Origin: Octopus sinensis
Taxonomy: Eukaryota
Length of the DNA stretch: 64,000 nucleotides
Assembly: GCF_006345805.1 (NCBI RefSeq)
Contig: NC_043008.1
Span: forward strand, 50,034,001 to 50,098,000
Direction: 5' to 3'
The notes under the pieces were generated by a model, which saw only the letters and a list, made by a program, of their open reading frames with translations, was not told the origin of the DNA and did not search any database. Shown here one piece after another: positions 13,112 through 25,513 of the stretch; positions within the stretch are counted from its first letter, which is position 1; every line of letters begins with the position of its first letter. The translations under genes were made by a program, and so were the position numbers.

Positions 13112-13681
13112 TATTGTATAAAAAAGGGTTTCAAAAGAGTTTACAGAAACATGTATATGTAGGTAGAGGGGAATATTAAGACAATTAGGAATTAGATTAA
13201 TTAAAATAGTGCAGGAAACTAGAACATGCAAGCACACAAAAGAGAATTAGGTTAATAATCTGGAATATTTAAATTATTAATGCCTGTTAATGTCACTCAT
13301 CAATTATTACTGATCACTGACATCAAATTGATATCAAGCAAACAATCAAACGAATCTAGTTTTTAATACCATCTCACACACAAAGGTGGCGAGCTGGCAG
13401 GCTTGTTAGCATGCCAGGCAAAGCGTTTAACAGCACCATCATCATCACCATCACGATCATCATCACAATCATCATCACGATCAACATCACAATCATCATA
13501 ATCCCTATCATGACCACCACCATCTCAACCACCCCAGTCACTACAAACAGGACTGCAGCCGCCACCATCATCATCACTATCATCTCACAAGTTCCAAAGT
13601 TCATTCAGTTCCATAGACTTGGTTCCAATTTCCCATTTTTGAACCCCTAAAAAAATAAATAAATAAGCATGACTGAATTAC

Positions 13682-13815
13682 CTCTTTGCCCAGGGGCAAT
13701 GTGCTACCCAGCGATGAACAGAGGCCAACAATTTTGGCAACCAGTGTACGGAAGGTAAGATATTCCTTTAGGACAACACCTCGAAGAATGGTTTTCATCT
13801 CTGGAATTCCAGAAC
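13682..13815 (-). CDS. CLCN2: ClC-2-like chloride channel exon (134 nt, phase 1 to 0) with selectivity-filter GSGIPE and gating GKE motifs
   Basis: Boundaries are gtttctttctcag and GAG|gtaatt. Translates (G)[44 protein letters not shown]. Confidence 0.98.
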
Positions 13816-14533
13816 CTGAGAAAGAAACAAGAGAGAAAGATAAGACTGAGAGACCGTCCAATTAAGGAAATCGTTATTTTTTGATTAGCATTATCATAAT
13901 TAAGGCAGAATCTTTAAAGTGCCAATCAGCAAAATAAAGTACTAGTCAAGTACAGGGGTCAATTAATCAACTAACCCCCTTCTCCAAAATTTTATGTTGT
14001 AGGAAGGAAGCTGGCAGAATCATTAGCATGCCTGGCAAAATGCTTAGCAGCATTTCATCGTTCAAATTCAGTCAAGGTCGACTTTGTCTTTCATCCTTTC
14101 AAGATCGATTAGTTAAGTACCAGTTGCATACTGGAGTCAATTGAATCAACTGGCCCCCACCTCCCCCAAAATTTCAGGCCTTGTGCCTATAGTCATCATC
14201 ATCATCATCATCATCATCGTCGTTTAGCGTCCGTTTTCCATGCTGGCATGGGTTGGACGGTTCTACTGGGGTCTGTGAAGCCAGAAGGCTTCATCAGGCC
14301 CAGTCAAATCTGGCAGTGTTTCTACGGCTGGATGCCCTTCCTAACGCCAACCACTCCGTGAGTGTAGTGGGTGCTTTTTACGTGCCACCCGCACAGGTGC
14401 CAGACAGAGCTGGCAAACGGCCACGAACGGATGGTGCTTTTTATGTGCCACCGGCACAAGGGCCAGGTGAGGCTGGCAACGGACACGAAACGGGGCGGTG
14501 CTGGCAACGGTCGCGAAACGGAAGGTTCTCTTA

Positions 14534-14777
14534 CATGCCACCGGCACTGGTAACACATCTGCAATTTCCATTGATCGATTTCCATTCTGATCCTCACTTG
14601 CCTTAACGGGTCTTCACAAGTAGAGTATCGACATGCCACCGGCACTGGTAACACATCTGCAATTCCATTGATCGATTTCCATTCTGATCCTCACTTGCCT
14701 TAACGGGTCTTCACAAGTAGAGTATCGACATGCCACCGGCACTGGTAACACATCTGCAATTTCCATTGATCGATTTC

Positions 14778-14778
<1 letters not shown>
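14534..14778. repeat. Tandem repeat of about 98 bp, 2.5 near-identical copies
   Basis: The unit catgccaccggcactggtaacacatctgcaat... starts at 14534, 14632 and 14729. Confidence 0.9.
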
Positions 14779-14823
<45 letters not shown>

Positions 14824-16545
14824 CTCATCTTGCAGTTACACACATCTCCCACGTACATGCATAAATAAAAATGCACAGTTTATGTATGCACATACAAATA
14901 TATATACTTCATATGTACACTCATATCTTATGTGCGCACATAATAAACTCTTAACATGTGCACCCATCTCATACACATACATACACACACAGCTCATGTA
15001 TACACATACAAATACACACACATTACACACGATTCATGTATGTACATACAAACACACGCACTTTATATACATACACACACAGTTCATGTATACGCATACA
15101 AATACACACACTTTATATACCGCCTGACTGGCCCCTGTGCCGGTGGCACGTAAAAAGCACCCACTACACTCTCGGAGTGGTTGGCGTTAAGAAGGGCGTC
15201 CAGCTGTAGAAACTCTGCCAGATCAAGATTGGAGCCTGGTGCAGCCTTCTGGTTCGCCAGCCCTCAGTCAAAATCATCCAACCCATGCTCGCATGGAAAG
15301 CGGACCTTAAACGATGATGATGATACATACACACATATCCACAAAACCTAATGAGGAAGCTCATTATGTGGTTGCTCAGTTTGCTAGAAATATATCCAGT
15401 CTTACTCTACTATCTTAAAAAAAATAGAACAGAAGGAAAGAGTCACCAATATGGACAGAGAGATACAAAATGATAGAATGGTTATGACTAATAGGTCTTT
15501 GGTCATTGGTCTGCTCAATCAGGTCTGATGTTGGGTTAAACAGCAACAATACAAACAACACACAGATATAACAATGGGCTTCCGTGCAGTTTCCAGCAAC
15601 TAAATTTTACTCACAGGGCATTTGTTAATCGAAGATTATGGAAGGAGATGCCTGATGCTTCAGGCGCCACCTGGTGGGAAACATGCATTCAGCATGCAGC
15701 TATGCCAGCACCTATACGTATACTCTCTTTTACCTCTTTTACTTGTTTCAGTCATGTGACTGCGGCCATGCTGGAGCACAGTCTTTTGTCGAGCAAATTG
15801 ACCCCAGGACTTATCCTTTGTAAGACTAGTACTTATTCTATCGGTCTCTTTTACCAAACCGTTAAGTTACGGGGACGTAAACACACCAGCATCGGTTGTC
15901 AAGCGATGTTGGGGAACAAACACAGACACACAAACATATACACACACACTTATATATATATATACATATATACGACGAGCTTCTTTCAGTTTCCGTCTAC
16001 CAAATCCACTCACAAAGCTTTGGTCGGCCCGAGACTATAGCAGAAAACACTTGCCTAAGGTGCTACGCAGTGGGACTGATCCCGGAACCATGTGGTTGGT
16101 AAGCAAGCTACTTACCACACAGCCACTCCTGCACCTAGAAACAAGGGTACAAAATAGGTGCAAATACAAAAAGTTCAAATATGCTTGAGGCAGATTCGAA
16201 CCTGTGAGAGGGCCAATCCCTGTATTTTGTGATGGAGAAGATTTCTCACTGCAGACAAATAGGTGTAAATACACCAAACCAGCACACAGCTTTCCTTAAC
16301 CAAGCTGTCGGATAATGCATTTGGGAGTGTTTATCTCCTCCTCTTCGGCCACAGAGATGAGAGGGACAGATGCTGCGAACTGCCACAAGACACAAGTCTC
16401 CCTTATGATATTTCCATCATTGTTCAATGACTGGCTGTGCTATTCAGAGGCTCACCATAAATAAAAAAAAAAACAGAATATGCGTGTACAAGTGTGTTTA
16501 TAAGAAGAAAATCAAAATAAGAGAAGAGAAGAACTTGACACTTAC

Positions 16546-16674
16546 CTATTGCCTGAGGCGAGACAAGGTGTGTAAAGCCGGTAGCAAAGAGAATGAACAT
16601 TAATGAGTACGTGACCCAGGCCACAAACTGTAATGCTAAAGAGAAGGACAACTCCTCAAAGAGCCAGATTTTTG
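16546..16674 (-). CDS. CLCN2: ClC-2-like chloride channel exon (129 nt, phase 1 to 1)
   Basis: Boundaries are tcaatcttttccag and ATAG|gtaagt. Translates (A)KIWLFEELSFSLALQFVAWVTYSLMFILFATGFTHLVSPQAI(G). Confidence 0.97.
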
Positions 16675-16700
16675 CTGGAAAAGATTGAAAACAACATAAT

Positions 16701-16747
<47 letters not shown>

Positions 16748-18497
16748 CAGGAAACCCAAAAATGGCAGAAATTCAAAAGATAGTGCTCATGGGAACTGCT
16801 CATATCCTACGCAAAATACTTTCTATGTAATCTCAAGGTTTAAAACAAACATAATTTTCGGTTTAAAAAAAAAAAAAAAAAATTTTTTTTTTAAACATTC
16901 ATTAGTACAACACCAAAAACTCCCCCCCCCCCAAATATATGGCACACTAGGCATAACAACAACATGAACTTCCAACCTGTTGTCTCTTGAGGTCTCTGGG
17001 TGAGACTTGGAGCCAACTTGTACAAATATAAAGCAAAAGTCAAACATAGAATAATAATAATAATATTAGACAATACGAAGAGTTATGTCAATCCTTCTAA
17101 AATATAATAATCATCATCATCGTTTAACGTCCGTTCTCCATGCTAGCATGGGTTGGACTAATAATAATAATAATAAAAAAAATAAAAATAATAATAATAA
17201 TAATAGTGACAAATAACATCAGTATCATCATCACCATCATCATTTAACAACTTCTTTTTCATAGGTTGACAACTTGACAGGTACTGGCAAGGCCAGAGGC
17301 TCCCACACCTGGTTCCATAGTCTGTTTTTGGCTTGCTTCCTACAGCTGGATGCCCTTCCTAATGCCAACCACTTTAGAGTGTACTGGGTGCTTTTTTTCG
17401 ATGACACCATCACAAATGCTTTTTACATGGCACCATTACCTGTGCATTTTATGTGGCACCATCACTAACACCAATGCCAATAGTAATAGTTTCAAATTCT
17501 AGCACAAGGCCAGCAAGTTCAGGAGAAGAAATATATCAATTATATCAACCCCAGCATTCAACTGGTACATATTTGATCAATCCCAAAAGGGTGAAAGGCA
17601 AAGTCGACCTCAGTGAAATTTGAACTCAATGTGGAAACAAACAAAATGCTTAGAAGCATTTTGTTTGACACGTTAACAATTCTGCCAGCTTGATGCCTTA
17701 ATAAACAATAAGAAGAATGCTTTCAGATTTTGGCACAAGGCCAGCAATTTCAGAGGAGGGGGTAAGTCAATTACATCGACCCCGTTACTTAACTGGGACT
17801 TATTTCATTGACTCTGTAAGGAGGAATGACAAAATCCACCTCGGTATAATGATTATACACATAAATACACGCGCACACACACACACACACTCATACATAT
17901 ATAAATGAAAAATGTATAAACAAACGACATAACATATACTAAATGTAAAAATGAACAGGAGACAACCAGAAGGTCCATAATTCTTCGTCAGTTATTGACC
18001 AACGGTACAGTTCAGTTTCGCACCTTTAATAATAAAACTGAATGCTTCCCAATTGACGGTGCCCACAGAAAAAATGTTTTCTTGCGTAGAATTAGAGACA
18101 AGAGCAAATAGAACAAAACAAAACAAGCAAAATGAGTGTGATTTAGGACGATGGACAAGGATGAACAGTCGAACAAAATATGGCCTTGGGGCCAAGGAGA
18201 AGAGAATAGAGGATAGCACTTAGAAAATGTCTTGAAGGATGAAGGACGGAGAGACAGAATTTGCAAGTGGTCAACTAAGGGACCAGTCTAAGGGAAGAGA
18301 AAGCGCAACTGGCCGTTGGTCATGTGACAACAGCAGGGAGAGGGAGTGACAGAGAAAAAAGGGGGAAGTGGATGAAGGGGAAGGAGAAAGACTAGGAGTA
18401 CAAGAGGGAGAGAGAAAAGTAGTATAGAAAGGCTAGAATAGAAGTGAGAGGGTGAGAGAAAGATAAGGGAAAAGTATGAAGGAGACAGAATTTGTGA

Positions 18498-18534
<37 letters not shown>

Positions 18535-18535
<1 letters not shown>

Positions 18536-18691
18536 TTTATTGAAAAGCAGCAAAAATATCACAAAAACTGTTACTCAGAGTTTCACGTTCCCGTTCATCG
18601 GGCTTAGATTCTAAACAAAACTGCTCAATGAACAGGAACATGAAACTCTGAGTAACAGTTTTTGTGATATTTTTGCTGCTTTTCAATAAAG
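18535..18691. repeat. Long inverted repeat (64-bp arms, 29-nt loop)
   Basis: Arms 18535-18598 and 18628-18691 match at 62 of 64 positions. It abuts a (TA)n tract and is related to a single-copy repeat at about 5760-5840. Confidence 0.95.
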
Positions 18692-18785
18692 CGTATTACT
18701 CTACCCTTGGTATTTGAGTACTATTTTTCCCACCTTATTTTGCATTTATGTGCTTACTCTGGTATATGTGTGTGTGTGTGTGTGT

Positions 18786-18824
<39 letters not shown>

Positions 18825-20420
18825 TGTGTGTGTGTGTGTGTGTGTGGAGAGATGTGTTTACACACAAACACTCATCCATATCATACACATATCATAATGA
18901 TGATGATGATACATATACACCCATACATATGATGCATGGATGGATGTGTGTATACATTATGTATATAACTAACAAATACAGCAAACTCTACACGCTTCTA
19001 ACACAAGGGTGTATTCAGCATTTCTTTGCTTTTTAGCTCAGAATAAAATCAATCATACATAATGCATAATACACACACACACACACACACACACACACCA
19101 CACACACACACACATGCATATATATATAATTAACTACATAATTGTATACGATAAACAAACAAACAAACAAGCGAAATATGGTCAAATCTAATAAGATTAA
19201 TTAATAAATAGGATGTGTCAACAGCAACTCGCACCATTTACACAAATGGTCAATAGATTAAATATTGATGATTGATGGTGGTGGTGGCAGGGATGGGGGT
19301 GAGCAGAGAGGGATGAGTGGTGAAAGATGGGAACAGACAAAAGAGAGAGAGAGAGAGAGAAAGAGAGGGAAAGAGAGGGATCTGAAATGTGCAAAAAAGA
19401 TTTGTGTTAATATGGTCTTAATTCAATGCTTTTCTAGTTGAATTGGCCGCACAGAGATTTTTTTTATTGACGGAAAGTACTTATAAGCACAGGCGTGGCT
19501 GTGTGGTGAGAAGCTTGCTTCCCAACCACATGGTCCTGGGTTCAGTCCCACTGCAGAGCATCTTGGGCAAGTGTCTTCTACTACAGCCCCGAGCCAACCA
19601 AAGCCTTGGTAGATAGAAACTGAAAGAAGCCCATCGTACATACATGCGTGTGTGTGTGTGTTATATTTGTCTTTGTACTCCACCATTACTTGACAACTGG
19701 TATTGATGTGTTTATGTCCCCATAACTTAGCAGTTCAGAAAAAGAGACTGATACAATAAGTACCCAGCTAAAATAATTTTTTAAATGTACTGGGACCAAT
19801 CTATCTGGCTAAAAATTCTTCAAGGCAGCGGTGTCCCAGCACAACCACAGCTGAATGACTGAAACAAGTAAAAGATAAAAGATATTCATGTGTTGTTTTG
19901 TTGTTATTGATGATGACCAATATCAACGATTCTAGTCCTCCACCTCTCTGATGTATAAGAGTACATCAATTAGTCAATTAATTAGCTTGACAGTGATTAT
20001 GTAGTGCTAAGCTATCTGTGATGAAAGAGGCAAATCTATAGCAAACAGACAACTAATAGTTGTAATAGAAAAAATTGACAAAAAAAAAGTAATGTCCTTT
20101 TACTGATTGGAATGCCATGGCCTGCTGAAAACTATAGTTTCATGGAGCTTCATGTAGCTTCATGTAGTAAGCCAATGAAGGATCCATTATATTGCAGGTT
20201 GTTAATTTAGAGCTCAGGGGTTAGTCCCGGTTTGTAGTCAGATTTCATTCGACCAGCCAACAGCATTAAATATGACACTGCATACAGCAAAAAAAGATTT
20301 GTTTTCTGAATCTATATTTCATTAGCAGGAAATAAAAAGCAATAAACTTCAGTAATGAAAAACATAAGAATAAAATTCTCATTATTGCAATGGCCTCCAA
20401 TGAATCAACATCATCATTTC

Positions 20421-20453
<33 letters not shown>

Positions 20454-22050
20454 CATCATCATCATCATCATCATCGTCATCGTTTAACGTCCGCTTTCCA
20501 TACTAGCATGGGTTGGACAATTTGACTGCACCAGACTCCAATCTGATCTGGCAGAGTTTCTACAGCTGGATGCCCTTCCTAACGCCAACCACTCCAAGAG
20601 TGTAGTGGGTACTTTTACGTGCCACCGGTACGAGGGCCAGTCTATAGCAATGGCCACGTTCAAAATGGTTTTTTTACGTGCCACCTGCAAGGTACATTTA
20701 AACGATTTCCCCTTCAGTGTTTTCTCCTCCACACCCCATTTAATCCCCAAGCATTCGGATTAATCTGTTAAATGTAATCCTTATTTATTCACACTGTTTG
20801 GAATTAATTATGTATTATCTTTTAGCTTCAAGACTTTGATGATGTGATCGATGATTTTTAGAAGGACATTGTAAGGTTTGTGTGAGAGGCTGGATCTGGT
20901 CACTTTGGATATAAAACAGGTAGAATATTTGGGCCGGATATGGCTGGGTTAAATGCTAAAGGGTGAAAGTTTACAGTTCAGCACAGCAAACTAACAAATC
21001 TTTAAGTGTTCCCACAGTCTACAGCCATAAATTATGAACTCTACCTCCCCATTGAACCTGTTTATGTCCACACTTCAAAAGCCATCCAGATTGATTCTGC
21101 CTTGTACTTTTGTATCTCTGGGGCCAATAAAAGAACACAGCACAGTTGACAAATGTTAGAGGTAGCAGGATACTTAAAATGTTCTGCTCCCCTCAATCCC
21201 TTACTTGAAAAACAATTAAGAGTTAGCAACAAGGAGGGCATTCAGTTATAAGGCAATGCCTCAGTAATGTATTCATCTAACCCATGTCAGTATGGATAAA
21301 CAGACATAAAACAAACAGATGTCCTTGGTTCAAATCCTGGCAAATTGCTATGTGATTAAGAAAATCATTTTGCACCTACTTAGTTCAATGTAACCTTGTT
21401 TACCGAAGACAGTAATGCCTGCTTCAAGGTAGATTTAGCTGTTATTTCTTGCAAGCTGTTTGACTGCTTACAGTTTTTTACATTTCATTCAATTCCATGT
21501 TAGGTATTGTAGTTATTTTCTAACAACAGATGAGTAAACAAATCTTAGCTGCCACATCTGAAGTTCAATGCCAGAAATTGTGGCCTTGACAAGCAGTTTC
21601 AATACAGCCGAGTAATGTACTTTCAAGCGCCACAGTCAGTCTGCCAAAAGTTCTAATGCACTCACTTTGCACTTGGTAAACTCAGTGGAAAGCGTAAAAC
21701 TAATTAAAGTCTTCGTTGTATATAGGAAAGATTAGTAATAAGCATAAATGGTTTATACGATTCTGAGCATGTGACTTACATCCAAACAGGTCACTGGAAA
21801 ATATAACACGTTCACTAAGTGCTAAGAGTATCTTAGCTTCCATGCCTTATTTGTTCCAGTCACTGGACTGTGGCCATGCTGGGGCACTGCCTTGATGTAT
21901 CCAGTCAAACAAATCAACCCCAGAACTTATTTTATTTCAAGTCTGTTCCTCTATTACTGCTTTCTGTGGCTGAACCACTAAGTTATAGGAAACATAAACA
22001 AACCAACACCAGGCACAAATGTAGATATATATACATTATACACACACACA

Positions 22051-22107
<57 letters not shown>

Positions 22108-23016
22108 GTACACACAGACACATACACACACAAGCACACACATATATATCAGGCTTCTTTCAGTTTCTGTCTACCAAATCCACTCGCTGGGCTTAGTTGA
22201 AAATATTTGCCCAAGGTGCCATACAGTGGGACTGAACCTGAAACCATGTGTTTGGGAAGCAAACTTTGTTCTAACCTCACAGTGCTAACCACACAGCCAC
22301 ATCTGCAGCTACAAGGAGTTGGTTATATTTAACGCATCAAGTTTTATAACTCTATAAAAGGCGCTGACATTAAAAATATTAAAATAATGTGGAAGCCTCT
22401 ACGTGGTTACTCAACTTGCTAGAAATAGCAACCAAATCTCCCTGATATCACACAAAACTGTTTTAAAATCAGAATAAAAAAACAATGATATATGATGCAG
22501 GCATGACTGTATGGTTAAGAAGCTCACTTTGCAACCATGCAGTTTCAGGTTCAATCTCACTGCATGGCACCTTGGGCTAAGCGACAATATAAATCAATAA
22601 AAAAAAACTTGATGAATCGATTGATAGATGTCCAATATTTTAAACCCAGATTTGTCCCTGTTAACAGGGGTGACCGGACCTATCTCACTTTTTCAGCAAC
22701 CACTCTCACACCACCTCGCCCGGGTTTTGGCATCCTCCCTCCTCAAGCCAACCCTCACAATCTCCTCCTCCACCTGTCCCCTCCACATTTTCCATGTAAG
22801 AAAAGTAGAAATATAAAAATCAAAAAGGGAAAGAAGAAAAGAAAAGGAAAAACAAGAACAGGAAAAAAAATGATAAAAAACATGCACAAAACAAACTGAG
22901 GATGATTTAAGGTTCCATTGAAGATGAATCTTCCTCAATATTATTTGACAACGACAACATAAATATTGATGTATTCTTTAAAGGCAAAAGGTTGAAAACA
23001 GAAAACACAGGCTCAC

Positions 23017-23148
23017 CTTCCTGGCATTTTTCAATGACGTAATCCATTGTAAAACTCATCAAGGCCATTATAATTCCTAATAAAGCTAAGAACACCCAAT
23101 CTTCTCCAATTTTGTGAAAAATAATGTCTCGAAGTCGGATACATTGTT
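23017..23148 (-). CDS. CLCN2: ClC-2-like chloride channel exon (132 nt, phase 1 to 1), start of helix B
   Basis: Boundaries are tatttattttcag and GAAG|gtgagc. Translates QCIRLRDIIFHKIGEDWVFLALLGIIMALMSFTMDYVIEKCQE, compared with ClC-2 [23 protein letters not shown]. Confidence 0.97.
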
Positions 23149-23432
23149 CTGAAAATAAATAGTGAATATATACATAGTAAATATATTATGTGTATTTATA
23201 TATACATATATATATATATATACAAAAAATAAGCAACAAGGATGAATCTGGTAATTTAGTACAATTGTTTCATACTACAACATTTTATTAAAAGCTGTAA
23301 ATATTTATTCATCCTTGTTGCTTATTTTTTGATTATAATCACCCCGCAAATTTTTATGGGTAACACCATAAAAAATTCTGGTGCATCTAAATTAAGTGCC
23401 ATATTCATTTGAATCTAAATTGTTGCTGAACT

Positions 23433-23457
<25 letters not shown>

Positions 23458-23465
<8 letters not shown>

Positions 23466-23915
23466 GACATGCAAGAAGTAAATAGACACCTTTAGTTTTT
23501 AAAATTTTCGACCTAAAGGTCTTAATATGTTTTCAGTGGTGTAGAATTTACAATGTAATTATTCTTTCTCATTCCAGGTGCCATTATATTAAGCATTTGC
23601 AAAGAGTAACCATACTACACACAAAAAATTCAGCAGAACTGTCAGATTTTCAAAGAGGTCGTATCATTGGGCAATCTGAGGGTGGTCTCAGCCAGCGAAA
23701 AATTGCCAAAAATCTTTAAATTCCTCTTGCTATTATTAATAGAATTAGAGTGCAATTCAAAAGCCATGGAAAAGAATCAACAGATTCTCGTCCCGGCTGA
23801 GCTGTGCCCTCAGAAAGGAAGCTTCACTATGTGAAGAGAATTTTGGAAAACAAACCCCATTTGAAAGCTTCTGACATTGCAAAACAGCTAGATGTGTGTT
23901 ACATATCTGCATAAG
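23458..23915 (+). mobile_element. Tc1-family transposon relic (5' end and transposase HTH region, with stops)
   Basis: Translates [53 protein letters not shown]...KASDIAK. Begins after a (TA)n tract. Confidence 0.8.
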
Positions 23916-24788
23916 CTTGGGTATTATGGACAAGCAGCTAGAAGAAAACCTCTCCAACCAATTAATATCATATAAAAGATTTTCAAAATTAAAGGTGTCT
24001 ATTTACTTCCTGCATGTCTGTATATATATATATATATATATATACAAGATAAGAAAATGGAGAAATACATCTAAATCAAATATCAATTACCAGATAATAC
24101 TCAATCACATACTTTATTAAACCACCACATAAGAGACTGTAGGGTTAAATATAAAAAAGCAGAACAAATCAGTGTACATTTACAACCCCTATCTCAATTT
24201 GTATATATATATATATATATATTCATAAAAAGCACCCATACCAGGGCTGCATAAACACACCCGTCACGGTAACATGTAAAGAGCACCCAGTACACTCTGT
24301 TAAGTGGTTGGTGTTAGGAAGGGCAACCAGCCATAGGAACCATACCACAACAAACAATTGGAGTCTGGACAGCTCCCTGCTAGCTAACTCCATTTCAAAC
24401 CATCCAACCCATGCCAGCAAGGAAAACAGACGTTAAATGATGATGATGATGTAGTCCCAGAATATGGAATGGCTCTGCCATTAGCTACCAAGAAATCTTC
24501 AACTATCTTAGACACCAGGAGGATTCAGGAGCACTTGCATCTACTCTAGTAGATTCTTCAGAAATCTGAAGAATCTACTAGAGTAGATGGATGCAAGCGC
24601 TAATATATGATTTATAAAAACATGTGACATATTAATAAAAATCTGTAAATGCACAACCATCCAGATCCATGAGTACCTTATTTCTTCTAAGTGGGTTACC
24701 CTTATAACCCCTATCTTACTTTGTACTATATATATAGATAGATATAATATATATATATAATATATATATATATAAATATATTATATAT

Positions 24789-24827
<39 letters not shown>

Positions 24828-25137
24828 CACACCACACATATATATACGCTAGGTTTCTCTCAGTCTCCACCTACCAAATCAACTTGTAAGGCTTTGATTG
24901 GCCAGGGGCTATGGTAGAAGACACTGCCCAAAATGCCACACTGCGGGACAGAACCTAACACCACATGGTTGCAAAGAAAGCCTCTCCACAACAACACAGC
25001 CATGCCTGTACCTGCACAGCAAAGTGTGTGCCGACATGAAGACAAGAGACTGTTACAGTCATAATGTTGGCTTTGCTGCAAGTGTAAACATTCAATGAAA
25101 TCCATCACCAAATAGTAATTAACAATTTATAACCTAA

Positions 25138-25513
25138 CTAGCAGTATCGCCCGGCGTTGCTCAGGTTTGTAAGGGAAATAACTATAAAGCATTTTTAGAA
25201 AGTTATAGCCAAAAAATAGCAAAAAAATGGGAAAAAATGATGGTAAATTTTTTTAGTTAAAAAAGGTGGAGTTGCGTCCCCTAGACATTTTGGGGTTGTT
25301 TCTGATTCTCGACCCCATGTCGAATTTATTGATTTTTTTCAGAACTGGGGGAACTTTTCAAAATTCGCTGCGTTAGTTTTGAATTATGACATTGGGCTAT
25401 GTGTGTGTCAAGTTTCATCAGAATCGGTTGAAAAGCCATGGTCAGGGTGAGGGTACAAGCAAACAGACACACAGAAACACGCACAGACAAACTGCCGTTT
25501 ATATATATAGAGA
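25138..25513 (-). mobile_element. Helitron-like element sharing its 3' end with the 12712 family but with a different 5' part
   Basis: A|TC...CTAG|T on the minus strand, with the same terminal hairpin region. Confidence 0.75.

Noticed and set aside
14534-14778. CRISPR-like array
   Set aside because: The units are fully repeated with no unique spacers, and the context is eukaryotic.
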